Below, in pieces: positions 38,366 to 52,000 of a DNA stretch of 64,000 nucleotides. Each line of letters begins with the position of its first letter. The first letter of the stretch is position 1. A program made the position numbers and the translations under genes. The notes under the pieces were generated by a model. That model did no database searches and was not told the DNA's origin. It worked only from the letters and a program-made list of their open reading frames with translations. The stretch comes from Azolla caroliniana. Taxonomy: Eukaryota; Plantae; Polypodiophyta. The stretch covers positions 7,130,001 through 7,194,000 of the forward strand of contig JBHGNT010000001.1 of NCBI GenBank assembly GCA_043228905.1, given 5' to 3'.

Positions 38366-39620
38366 CAGTTTTGATGCCCTATATTCTGTCACGTTAAAAA
38401 AAGAAACTAGAATCAACAGCTATAACATTTCACACATGAAACATCAATATTTAACTACTAGAACCTCACTTCCTTAAATTATTTCTAAATGCCAGATTTT
38501 TTAGTCTTAGACCCTCATTTAACTAGAGTACCAGAGTTCTCTCTTCTATTTTCTTCATCAACTACTTGACAGTTTTGATGCCCTATATTCTGTCACACTA
38601 AAGAAAAAGGAACTAGAATCAACAACTATAAAATTTCACACACAAAACATCGATATTTAACTACTAGATCCTCACTTCCTTAAATTAGATCTAAATGCCA
38701 AATTTTTAAATCTTGAACCTCATTTAACCAGACCTAAATACTTGCGTTTTCTCTTCTGCTCTCTTCATTTACTACTTGACTCTTTAGATCTAAATAAGAA
38801 CTTTTTTCCTTCGACTGTTTCACTACTACACACTTATTATACTACAGATTTTTTTCTTCTTATACTACAGCCTCACTTTTTGAACTAAATTTCATATTTT
38901 CTTTTCTATTGTTTTTCCTAACTAAGAATACTACTTCCTGAACTAGATCTAGATACCAGTTTTTTCTCTCCACTTTTGTTTTACGCCCTTGCTTTGTGAA
39001 TTAACCACAATACTAGGTTGTCTTCTTCGCTTGTTTTTTCTAACTAATAACATCACTTACTAGAGCCTTATTTCAGGAGATAGACTTAAATACTAGTTTT
39101 TTCTTATCACTTTCTTAATTTGCTGAAAATGTCTAAATAACAACCTTTTCTCTTCTATTTTCTACTAGACCTTCACTTCCTGAAGTACATCTAAAAAGCT
39201 GCTGCTTCTCTTCTATTTTGTTTCCTAAGGTTATCATTTACTAAAACTTCACTTCCTAAACTAGAACTAAATGGCAGATTTGTCTTTTCTACTTTCCTTC
39301 TTAACGACAGCTCCTCACATCCTAAACTCGAACTAAATAGCAGCTTTTAATCTTCTATTTCTTTCTCAACAACTAGACCCTCACTTCCATGAACTACATC
39401 AAAATACATGCTTTTTCAATTCTATTTACTTTCCTAACCAAGGTGTAACATCATAAACCCTCACATCCTGAACTAGATCCAAAGACCAACTTTTCTCTTC
39501 TATTTTCTTCCTAAACTACTGGATCCACACTTCCTGAAATGGAGTTAATACTAGATGCTCACATCCTTAACTGGATCTAGCTACCAGCTTTTTCTCTCCT
39601 ATTTCTTTCCTAACTACTTA
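38366..39620. repeat. Degenerate 60-70 bp minisatellite plus a roughly 204-bp duplication
   Basis: Recurring CTAGACCCTCACTTCCTGAACTAGATCTAAATACCAGCTTTTCTCTTCTATTTT; CAGTTTTGATGCCCTATATTCTGTCAC at 38366 and 38570. Confidence 0.85.
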
Positions 39621-39671
39621 ATAGTTCCGATTAAATTAATTTTGAATAAGTATATTTCTAGTCTTTTAGAC

Positions 39672-42311
39672 CTAAGAGAGTTTAAACGACCATAACTGTG
39701 CTGGTTTCTCCTCTGCAGCTTCTGTAATTTGGTTTTCCTGTACCAATATTGGCTGAAGCTCGTGCAACTCTAGTTCTTCTTGGTCCCCATCTTCATACTT
39801 AACCTGGATAAATTACAAACTTGAGGTAGTTTCAACAGCCTACCAGCATAAACACAACAAAAGTTCAAACACTAGCTTTTTCCTTTTGCAGATATATGAT
39901 ACAGACTCGGCATACCCTATGCCCAATGAGGACAGAAAGGCCAGGAATTCCATTAAATTTTTCTTTATTTACTCAAATGCCCCTGTTTTTAAGCCACCTC
40001 TCACGCAATATATGTGTTGTTTGAGCAATTATATGGGCAATTTATCCCTCTTTAGATTTGTTATTTGAGCAATTAAGTGGTCAATTCATCCTCTTTGTCT
40101 CTCTTTTGGGGGTTGACCGATGGCAATTGACAAAATAATGGATATTGTGAGGGCATTTGGGGAACTAAAGAAATTTTTTGGGGAATTTGGGAATTTTTTC
40201 ATAGACTAAATTATCGTTCAGACCTTATAATATTGTGTCTTTTTGTCGAATTTCAGCACCACGCCATCATAGAATTTCCCATCAAAATCCTTCTTCACGT
40301 GTTTCCCTACATATATATCATCCCCTGAAGTAATAGTTTTCTGATTGGTTCCAGATTCAGTAACTCTAGCCTTGAGCCCGTCTTTACCGACTTCTTCTAC
40401 CTTCTCTTTTGCAACAGGTTTTTGTTGCTTTGCAGTAGATGGGGACTTCGAATTTTTCTTTGATGAAGAATTTTGCTGTTTCAAACTTCTTGAAACTTCA
40501 CTACTTTTTGGAGTGACTGATTTCCCTTTACTGCTTTTTATTGTACTGGGCTTCTTGGAATCCTTGAGCGATTTTGAAGGACTCTTCACTCCACTTTTAC
40601 TCGCCTTCTTTGCTGTACTCTCTACCCCTGCTTTCTTCAGCCTCTTGGAGCTTCTGCACAAATTATTAGGAAGCTCCTTGTTACTCTTTATTTTAATGCT
40701 TATTTTTTGTTTTATATCACGCAAGTTTTTTCTAATATAGTATTCTAAATATGCAAAACAGTTAAAACTGTTACTTCTGTTGTTCTTCATCCTCAGCTCG
40801 GGACCTCTTTTTGTTTGTGGAGGGTGTATTTTCTGAAGAAGCCAATATTTCCCTCACTTCCCACAGCTCCAAATCTTCTTCATCTCCATCCTCATATATA
40901 ACCTGACCAGAAGGTTGGTTTGAAAAGTTTCATCTAACCAATGTTGCTTATATAACATATGTACAGGCGGTACCTCACCTTGAACCATTTTGATTCAGGA
41001 TCATAATCAACAACATCACCTGAATAGCTTTTCTTCCCAAATCTCTTTTTCACCTTCTGACCTTTAATTGACTGAATATCCTCTTCAGTCACCTGCTGGT
41101 TGAAGGTGAATTTTGTAAGCATGCAACAACTATCATTTTTCCTTAATATTCAATATTCAAAAGCTACTACTTACATTGGTTTCTCCAACAGATACAGCTT
41201 TCTGACTATCATCTCCCACTACAGAAGGAAGATTGCTATCTTGAACACTGTTAAAAACTTTTGGATTTTCCTCTTGAGCATATTCTCCACTCTCATCCAC
41301 CACCATTGGTTGAGTTTCAGATGAACAGACAATCGGTGTTATGCCATCTTTACCTTTCTCTTGTGTCAAAGGAAGTTCAATATCCATTTCTTGCTTAGTT
41401 CTGGCATCCAAATTTTCTTCCACAGGATCCTTCTTTTCTACTTCTGTGTTTGTTCCACTCAAACAAACACCTTCTATTCCCATTTGCTTTGAAGCATCTT
41501 TAATTTCAGCAACAGCTTCCGATCCTACAGTTGATGATGGAAGCACAGGCTGACACGCTTCAAGAGTCTTGGCTAACAACATCAAAGCATCAAAATAAGG
41601 TTTAAAACATCACAACACAGAAACGTGTGAAATGAAACAACTTAACATGAGGTATGAGAATAATCACCAGAAGAAGCACCAACTCCTTCTCCAGATAAAC
41701 ATGCTGAGGTAACCACACCATCATCTAATATTACCATATCATCAAATCCAGATCCTTGTTCATTGATGAATTCATCCCGAGGATTATTTTCCGTACCAAC
41801 AACCTCTGCCACTTCAGAGGGAACACTATTAAGATCTCTTGATAAAGAAGGAAAACTGAAAGTGGAATCTAAACCAGTGCCTTTATTCAAATCTTCTGAA
41901 TTGCTTAAAGTTTCATCTTTTCCTTGTGCATTACACTCCTCTACTGGTATTTGACTTGATTGTTGCGCTGAAATGCCTTTTAGTTCAGGATTGATACTTT
42001 TGTCGGTCCCTCTATACAATTGCACAAAATACAATAATGTTATACAAACATATTTAAAAATATAGAATGAATATCATCAGATATAATTCATCCCCAATTT
42101 GTAATAGCAAATAGCATCTCCAGAAGTCGTGTATGAAATTATAAATGAGAATATGACTATCCAGGAACTATACTATCCTATGGTAAACAGAAAATAGAAA
42201 TGCATCCTGAAAAACAACATCAAGAGAAGGATTCAAAAAATTAACATCTAAAGAAAAAACATCATACTTGTTGACTCCATTTATTTCAATTCCATGGCTT
42301 TCAAGCTCCAT
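39672..42311 (-). CDS. Protein with two PTM/DIR17-like Tudor domains (about 529 aa, 7 coding exons)
   Basis: Phase-compatible GT-AG exons 42311-42268, 42011-41668, 41572-41175, 41092-40979, 40902-40775, 40653-40224, 39803-39672; motifs KVKKRFG..Y.G.V..YD....WFKVIYEDGDEEDL and VKKDFDG..Y.G.V..FD....YYKVKYEDGDQEEL; probable 5' UTR exon ending near 43268. Confidence 0.85.
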
Positions 42312-43439
42312 TTCAGTTTTGAAGTATCAGCTGCAGAGCCAAAACAAAATCCATAAGTACACAACTTAACTACTACAAGAATTGTGAATGTTAACTATCA
42401 TCTATTCATAATTTTACATATTAATTATTGATTAAAAAAGAGCACATCAGAGAAGCAAAAACCATGAAATGTATCCTATGAGAACATATAGTCAGTTAGT
42501 GACAAAACTAAAGGGGACACAATGGGAGAAAGGCATACAAAAGAAATTCTTTATTAATCACCTAAGTTTCTGATTTGAAATAAAAGGAAAGTTTGAGAAA
42601 TCATCTGAAATTTACAAATATTCAGCAGAAAAACTATATATTTTAGTTAGATGTTGTTTCATTGCAACAATTCCGAACAGAAGGTTAAAAAGCTCAATCA
42701 AATTATGAGAAAATAGCACACATTTAGGATTTCAGTAGAAACTTTACATATTTCTGTTCTTTTATGAAGATTTCAGATTTGGTTCCATTCCTGAACGGGA
42801 AGTTAAAATTTTCAACCCAATTATAAGAAAATACAACAAGTTTATAGGATAATGGTAGGAATTTGTATATTTCCTTCGAATTTTGTTCCATCAAAAAGAT
42901 TTCCTACTGGTTAGATCAAAATCTATTCTCTATGTACAAGAGACTATGCTTCTATTTCGACGCACTTAACTATGAAATACAATGTTCCAAGCCTATTCGA
43001 CGTACTTACCCTCAAAAATCCTCGTGAATACTCTCTGAATTCCTCCATATTCACAAATACTCTCAACATTCCTCTATACAACCCTCTCTACTTCCACTGT
43101 TTCCTTTCTGAGCTTCAAGAAACTCAAGAATTTCGACCCAACAGAGAAAATGGTGGCAGATTTACCCTAACCCATTTTGTGCCGAATTTTCCATTATGTT
43201 ACAAAATGGTGGCAGATTAGGCAGAAATTTTGAAGGAATTGAAATTGGAGGACCGAAATTTTCTACCTGAGATACTTCCGTGTTGAACCTGTTCTTCTTT
43301 ACGGACGAAGATCGAAGCGAAATCGAAGCTATGGCGATCTTCACTGTGTCTGTGTGTGTGTGTGTCTGCTGTGATTTTGTTGTATTTTCAGGATGGGCGC
43401 TTTCACACTCGTCCGGACAAGATATATCATACCACATGG

Positions 43440-43440
<1 letters not shown>

Positions 43441-43489
<49 letters not shown>
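43441..43489. repeat. (GT)n microsatellite
   Basis: Direct reading. Confidence 0.95.
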
Positions 43490-43490
<1 letters not shown>

Positions 43491-44699
43491 CCTATGCACT
43501 TCCAGTGTTGAGTTGACACTTGCTCAAACAAAATATATACCCCATGGTCAATGCCCCGTGTCCGCCTCTACGTTGGCTTCCATGTCTATCTTTCTGAGCT
43601 TTTGTGACTTTGTGTTTCCGAGTAATTTCAATCTAGACATTTTCACACTCTGGCCTGTGTTGTGTTTGTGTCTTTTTTACCTTTGATTTTTTCTTGTATT
43701 TTTCGCGCGGATGTTTTCAAACTCATTTGAAGGTGTGAGATTACACCCATCACTGCAAACATTATTTGGGCAAAGAAAACTCAGCAATGAAGCGACGTGC
43801 TTTGGTTAGTCAGTAGATTAGTGTACTCACCAAGTGCAACAATGGATGAGTATCGATGAAATCAAAATCAAAACTTGTGACATCCATATACCGCAAGGTA
43901 GTATCATTTCATTAAGGTCTTGTGTTTGTTTTATGAGTTTCTTGAGGGGTGCTAGTCTTTATATGACTTTGTTGTGCTTTTGATATGGACATTTTCACAA
44001 ATATTCATATATATGTAGATAGATTGCAACATATTCCCATATGCTATTATGTTTCGTGTTATTGTGTTTTTCTAGATATGTGTTTGCATTTGAAGATTTT
44101 CACCCTTGTTCAAAACAAATATACCACTAACATAATGTGCCTTTGTGTTGTTTAATAAGGACATTTTCACACTTGGCACACGATATATACTTTGTTTTAA
44201 CACTTCTTATGTCTTTCCAACTCATGGGTATTCAACATGGACAATGCCACACATGTTACAACTACAAGTATATATTGTTGACTTCCTATTATGGTATGGT
44301 ATGGTTTGATATGGTTGTTTGGGTTTTGTGGGATGGTGTGTATTTCCGGTATGGACTATCACATATACCTCTAGAGAATTCAAACGGTATGGTTTTTATT
44401 TCCTTGTATTGTTACTATGAACATTTTCATAATCATCCGAACATCTTCCCTTATGCACATTAGATATCACCCCACATATTGTGAGTGGGTAATGTTTGCC
44501 ATACGTTTTGAAAGTTATGGCATGTATAGTCAATGCAATTTATATTGGATTAATCTTCTACCTACACCCACAATCAACAAATGTAGACACTTAATGCATA
44601 ATTGTTTTATATTTGTCTATATACTTTCAAAATCTGCACAATGGACATTACATTTATCCCACTCTATTCTCAAAAATCATATAGACAAGTCACAAGATG

Positions 44700-45470
44700 T
44701 ACCAAACATCCTCCTCCCATCAAAGATCGTTTGATATCTTCTTTAAGCTTCCCCTTCTAAGTTCATGCAACTTACTCACACTTATAATCAACTTGAGACT
44801 AGAGTGATACTTGTCCACTTTTCCTCTACATTGTCTCATATATAGTTTCATGTACATGCAATTATCTTAACCAAATTATACATATATTGATTATATTCAC
44901 ACCATACATGAATTGGACTTGGATATTTTTCCCTACATTTATACAACTATACAATTATATATAATGTTAATTAAATACCATGAATGAGAATAGATGCATT
45001 TTCTGTACAAAGAAGACACTCCTACCACCCATTTCTCAGGATACCAAGTCTTACATGAGTACCATGAAGGAAATCCCAATCAACTCGATTGTAGACTTTT
45101 CAAAATCAAGTAGCAAAATAACTAAATCCCCTTGTTTCTTGCCTCACAAAATCAGAAGATATTATCCATAAATATTTCTTTCTTGAATGAAACCTGTTCA
45201 GGTGGCACGAATCAAATCATGTAACAAAGGTTGCAATCTCAATGATAATGTTTTTGCAAAAAAATTACTTATTGTATCAAGCAAAGTTATTAGTCTCCAT
45301 TTTCTGATATTGTCTAATATACCCTCACTCATAGGTATTAAATCAATCAATCCAATTGCCATACTACGAGGCAAACACCCGGTATAAAAAGAAAATTGAT
45401 AGGCTTTCGTTAAGTCTTCCCCCATATATTCCCAATATTTAAGGAAAATTGTTTGTGGAGTTGTGATTTT
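44700..45470 (-). pseudogene. Decayed L1-type LINE reverse transcriptase fragment
   Basis: WEYMGEDL..GLIDLIP..WRLITLLDTISNFFAKTLSLRLQPLL..LI, then TGFIQERNI and LLLDFEK (RT domains 0-3). Confidence 0.8.
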
Positions 45471-48400
45471 GTGATAGAAATATGGAAAAGAATCATAACG
45501 TTGTTGCCAGTATATCCTCAAGCAATGTGTACATGGAGAGCAGTATTATGGGTGGTGGTACAAGATAAACCAATGGTGTATGAACAAGAGGATGTTGTAG
45601 ATGCTATTGCTATGAGACATGGTTTGATGCAAAAAACATTTATACCTTTGAATCCACAAATAGAGACTGACAAACCTAAAATATGGTAATTGATGAGTAG
45701 TATCACAATATGGTATATTTGGAAGGCTTGATGTTTGAAAGTACCCAAAATGTGATTGAAAGACTTGCCCAAATAAATTTTGGGGTTTAGACTGAGATTG
45801 TGCATAATCTCAAAGGTTATTTGGATGACATAAAAGGTAATACGCACCAGGTGGAACTCAAATGATTGGAGTTTCTTGCCATCTAGGACAAAGACATATT
45901 TTACAAGTGGATTTCTGACAAGGTGGAGTGGTTCTACTCTACACCGAAGCATGCATTTTAGCAGATGATTATAATTTAGAAAAAAGGCTCATTACTACAA
46001 GGTACATCTTTTATTTATAGCCTTAGGGTGTTTCTTAATACTAATGTAGTACCCACTTTTGGGGGGAAAAAAATGAAGGCATTTTTTTAAACTTTAAATA
46101 GCAATCATGGACATTTCACGCCTTCTTTAATACAAAAATTGTGGGAGCATGTTTTATGTTTGCACTAGAGGGACTAAGAATGGTGACCACAATGACACGT
46201 GTGATGCCGAGGAAATAATCTAATATGTCATCAAGATCAACATGACACAAGGAAAACGATTCATGATGCCTCTTAGACAATGTAAAGATTATGCTTGAGA
46301 ATAGTTACCCTAGGGAAAGTTATGGAGAACAAAGAATGTAATGTGACAACCTTCATAGAAATGAATCCAATAGGCGAATTTTTGTTTGATGCTCCTTAAT
46401 GAAAGTTAAAGATAGGTGAACTTTGTCATGATCCATAATAGACAATTTCTTCCATGATTTAGGAGACTAATGTTGTAGTTGGTCACAAAATGGTGGACAT
46501 GCATAGCAAGGAGGAGAGAAAGGTGGCCCTTGATTCTTGAAAATTTCACCATTGAATTGTTAATAATTGTGAGGAAATTTTAGTTCACTCTAAAAATAAA
46601 TAACATGTAAATATTTGTATGTTTTTTTATTAACGGTTCATATAAGCCAATACCCAAGTTGTCAAAATACTTGCAAATGAAACAAATAATAAGTAATATG
46701 TGTTTTAATAGCATGCCAACTGTCAAACTAATATAAAGTGGGATGGGAGTCACTTTAAAAGTCAACAAAAGGCAATGAATGTTAATGTTTTTCGGCGCAT
46801 GGAGGTTTTGAAAAATTGAATTCATAACTCTATACTTTTGAGGAGGAAAGATTTATTTGCATTTCTCAGATCACATCATACATGCATCCCAAAAAGGAAC
46901 GGTCATGGACGAGAGGGCTAAAAAAACGCACTTTCTAAAAGCTCATTGTTAGCATGCATCCAATGAAGGGTCACGAAACAAACCCATTTGCACCAGTTTA
47001 AAGGTCACTGAAGTAGGAAGAAAGAGTCGAGCATTGCAAGCACCACAGAAATGTCACGACTGCTCGCCTTCGAAAATCTCATCTCCCAGACCACGCTAAG
47101 AAGCTCACTGACAATCTCGCTTTCAAGAACACATCCGATGCAAAACGAAGGGAGTCTGTGGGTCTTGAATGATATGTACACACACCCCCCCCTTGTCCGG
47201 ACAAGTGTGAAACGGAACCCTCAAAAATATAGACCAATTCTCTCCGGAACAAAAAAAACAACGACAACAAATGCACACAAACATCCGTCTGTCTCTCTCT
47301 CTCAGAGAGATAAAAAACACACAGAGAAAATCGCCATTGCTTCTTCGAGTTTCCCTTTCGATCGTCGTCTCTGTTGAATCGCTTATTCATCGACGAGACA
47401 ATCTCTCGGGTATTTATCTCCTCTATCCTTATCCACGTTTCTTGAAATCCCCGATGCTTAAATCTTTCCACGCATGTACATCAGAATCGAATTTTCTTCT
47501 TCTTCTTGTTACTAGTAAGATTTTTTTCTCTTTTTCATAATAATGATGAACTGTGATTAGAACAGCACAGGATCGCAGACACCGATGTTGTAAAGGTTCT
47601 TCGTTTTCACGAATGAAATAATGGGAAATTATGTGAAAATGCCGAATGTGTACATGCAGTGTCCATTATTTTGGAAGGAAGATAGGTTAATCATACTTTC
47701 ATACACGAAAAAATAAGAAATTATGAGCAAATTTTATGTTTTGGGATTTCTGTTTGACCGATTAGTTTTCCTTCCTTTTCGTGCGTGAATTAATTTGGAA
47801 CTGTGAGCAAACGAAACGAATTTGTAGGGAGAGGAGAAGAAATACCCTTCACTAATTGGTCGAATTCCCCTTTCATGTTCGAAATAATAGAAAATTGTGA
47901 GAAAATTCAAAACTTTAAAGCCTAATGTTCTGAAAATTGACAGAGTTTCCTTTTTGTACACGAAATGATTCTAAGTTAAAAAATGCCAAGTCTTTATCGG
48001 AATGTAGTCAAAAGGTTATTTCTGTCACTAGTGCATGAGAAAAAGGGACATGTTTACGAATTTATGAGAGAATACCATAAGTTTGTTGGATATTATTAGG
48101 AGGTTACCTCAGCTTGTAGTCTGATTCAGATACCGAACTATGATTGAGAAACATTTCTGTACTTATAGGTCCCTTTTATTGCTTAAAAAAATAGGAAATT
48201 ATTAGAAAATACCACAATATTATAGAATGGAATGCGGCATTGGTTTATGGACAGAAGTACTAGTTGGAAAAATTATTGTTGCCCAAGTGCCCTGTGAGAC
48301 ATGAAATAATAGGAAATACCACAAACTCATGGAAGCTTAGTAGTAACGTGTGTGTGTTGGTTACAAATATTTTCCAACATGGAAAGATCAAAAGATCAAT

Positions 48401-49034
48401 CTGTGTATTATTAAACAAGGGTAAATTTTTTGAAGCACAGTTTGAAGATAAAGTAGCCCAAAGATCCAAAGATGGCCGGATATATTTGGTAGGTTGATTG
48501 TCATTTTCCTTTATCTGTCCCACTTCTCACTTACACACTTGATTGCTTCTTGAGTAAGTTACCCAAAATCTGCAATTTATTGTAACTTAAATGCAATTTT
48601 ATTTTAGCAAATCTATAGTTTAATGCAAAAACTTTGCATATCAATGGGAAGTTGATTTATAAGCATGCATGCTGTAATATCTTGCTACATTGTTTGCCAA
48701 CTAGTCAAAGCTGGTAGATTGATGTGGAAATGCAAAGGTGGAGATTTACATTTAAATGCACTTGTTGTAACAAAGTCTTTGTAATGAGTCAAGAAGATAA
48801 ATGCCCTTTGTTCTTAATAAACATTATGCACAAATTTAACATTTTGCTCATTTGTAAGGCTTATATGTGTCTAAAAATTTGCATATAATTGGAATATATG
48901 CCAGAAATTGGAACTTTAGTTAGCCCCTTCTTGATCATTCTGCTCTGACTTTCCATGATTGCTGCATCTTGACATGATCTTCATCGATGACTACTTTGTA
49001 CAGGCCTTAAATTGCACTGAGAGGATAAGAAACC

Positions 49035-52000
49035 ATGGCTGCAACATTGTCATTCCTTCCACTATTTTTTGTAATGATTGAGGTAGCTCAGGCAGCTGCT
49101 GCAGGCGTCAGAACTTTTGATATTCTACCTTCAATGTACGCAAATACTTTACATAACCGATAAGAGGTGACTATTGTTCGATACAATTCAATATGTCATC
49201 AAATTCAGGTTATGTTCTACAGGCATGATTGGAGGAAGTTAACAGTTGGAACAGAGTTGTTTGGAGAGAAACTTGATTTGCAAAGGGGTCAATGCATCTA
49301 TGTTTTGGAAGGGCTTGAGCTTCCCAAGTCATATGAAGTGAAAATCTCCTATCCAGCTTCAGTATGAACTTTCCCATTTTCTGATGGCTGTATTTTTATT
49401 ATGCTCTTCATTTAGAAATGTTTTAGTTTTCTTTTGTTTATTTTTTCAATGTTGTATGTCAGTAGTTCTACCAGAACTATGAATCTGGATAAGGTTCACC
49501 TCATATTTTCTATGAACTCCCTGGATCATCCACAAGACAAACAAAATCGAGCTTGATCACAACCATTTTTACTTTCTCTGGGTTCACCCAGGTGTCCATG
49601 ATTGATGGTAAACCATGTACATTACTTTGACAAAGATGTCCAGCTCTTATTAAGTTCGTAATGGTTGATGGTTGACCACACACAGTACATAGATGAAGAT
49701 GTCGAATTCTTATCAAATCTGCAATCTATGCTTAATGGAACTTGAGGTTTATCACCGCATCAATGTTTTGGGGTCATTAGGTAATCATCCTTCTTGGTTG
49801 TAGGGAAATATGTGCAATAACATTTCTGAATCATATTATGGATGTAGCTTCCTCTTTTTTGTTTATGAAAGAATAGGTACCATCAAACAGGAAACTAGCC
49901 AAGTAGCACTACTTATCTATGTTGATCAATCCATTTAGCACTAGGACATTTTTGGATCTAGCCATTGGAGGAGTGAAGATGTCTCACAAATCCACTTCTA
50001 TACATGATGGTAAGCTAGGGCTAGCTAGGTCAAGGGACTATGTAACATACCTTCATTTATAGGAGGCATGATCTCTATAGGTACTTTTTGTTTACAGTCC
50101 ACTTTTTGTACTTTCATCTTGGTTCTTGTGCTAACCTAATGCAGCACCATCTCTCACCATCCGTGCTCCATTCCTTTCAGAAATTTTGCTAGTTATACTT
50201 TCAAATGCAATAGTTGTTTCTATTAACCTTGGAGAGATGTAAGGGCAATTCCAGGATGCTCAATGCAAAAGCTTGATTGAACACTTAGATACAAAACCAT
50301 GGGAGTAAAAATGGAGTCATGTAATGATCCTGAGGCCATACTATATTGGTTCTTGTGCTAACCTAATGCAGCACCATCTCTCACCATCCGTGCTCCATTC
50401 CTTTCAGAAATTTTGCTAGTTATACTTTCAAATGCAATAGTTGTTTCTATTAACCTTGGAGAGATGTAAGGGCAATTCCAGGATGCTCAATGCAAAAGCT
50501 TGATTGAACACTTAGATACAAAACCATGGGAGTAAAAATGGAGTCATGTAATGATCCTGAGGCCATACTATATTGGTGTGGTGCACTCTCACCACTGATG
50601 CCCTTGGACCTCATGGTTCACTGCATTATGTATTGGGAATGCAGTCAACCTTGATGAGAGAGTTATTGATCTATTAAGCTCATCACCAATGCCCTAGAAG
50701 GAGACAAGCTGATCCAGTCCTCATCTCATGCTTCCAGGAGGGCATTCTAAGACTACCTGCTACAGGCCCTGGATGAGGATGAGTTTTTAATTACCAGGTA
50801 CTTCAGATATGCTTACAGAGCCACTGTAAATGCTTTACGACGACTACTTGCTAGTTTCTTGTATCTCACTTTGGTAGTGATGCCGTATATAATTTCTGTT
50901 TTAGTTTTGGCTGTTGGGGGAACTTATTACTCTTCAAGTAAAGGATGCAATCTTTTTACACTGTCTTCTATTTAGTTTATTTGAATTACTTAACATTTTG
51001 TAGAGGGCTTCATGTATAGTTTATTTGTGTTCAACAGCAGAGATAGCTCAATATTTCTCATAATTATTGTTTGATTTAATTGCTTCCTAGATTTTCTTTT
51101 TATGATTGTGCAAATGATGCAGTAACCATATGGTTGCGATACGGGTTGAAATGGGATGCACGTGTCAAGATTTTTGCCATGGAAAAGTTTAAAACATATT
51201 TCAGTGTCAAATAGAAACCTTTCCTTTGATTTTTCTTTCGATTTAGTTTCAATTAGAGTTTGTTTTGTTTAATATATTGTAGATACCAGCAAGTTTCACC
51301 ATTGATCTTCTCAAAGGAGGTCCTCTTCAAGCCATACGTGGTGGGAGGAGACTTTTAAATACAGAGAAGTTGATGTTCAGAGCTGATGAAAGCCAAGGTG
51401 CAGAGGTATGATTTTATACCTCCTTTGTACTGATAATTAAATTTCGAATGAAAACAATATATCTTGATCCAAATCCTTCAGTAACTCACAGGTGTTGAAT
51501 GGGATGCTTTCAGCTCGTGTATTGGTTAGTGTGGAGCCAGCTGGTGTTCTTACTAAGCCACACACAAGAGATCAAGCTTTTGTCATCTTCAACATAAGTA
51601 TGTACTCTGGTTTTCAATGTCTTTAATATTTGTGGACTATTATTCTCTGTTCGAACATGGGGAATTTTCTGGGGCTTTCTTTAGGCTTTCAGCACCATTG
51701 CCTAATGAATGCTAGAATTATCAGCTGATCCTGTTGTATAGCCTCATTTAGCTCTATGCTGTGCACATACAAACTCTGTTTCTCCTTTTGAATGGCTAGT
51801 TAGTTATGGGCTCTTCTGGTGTATAGATATTGGACCATATTCATTTTTACCTCTTCATATTGTGTTGTATTTTTGATGATTGTCCCATGATCATGACCAT
51901 TACTGGCGGAACTATTCAGACTAAATAGTACAGGAAAACTCTTAAATACTCCTGAGTTTTTCTTTGCTTCCCTGAATACCACTTAGTTTTCATTATTTTC

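Noticed and set aside
40218-40790. 190-aa ORF starting MKNNRS
   Set aside because: Its first part is an intron (40774-40654) of the Tudor gene
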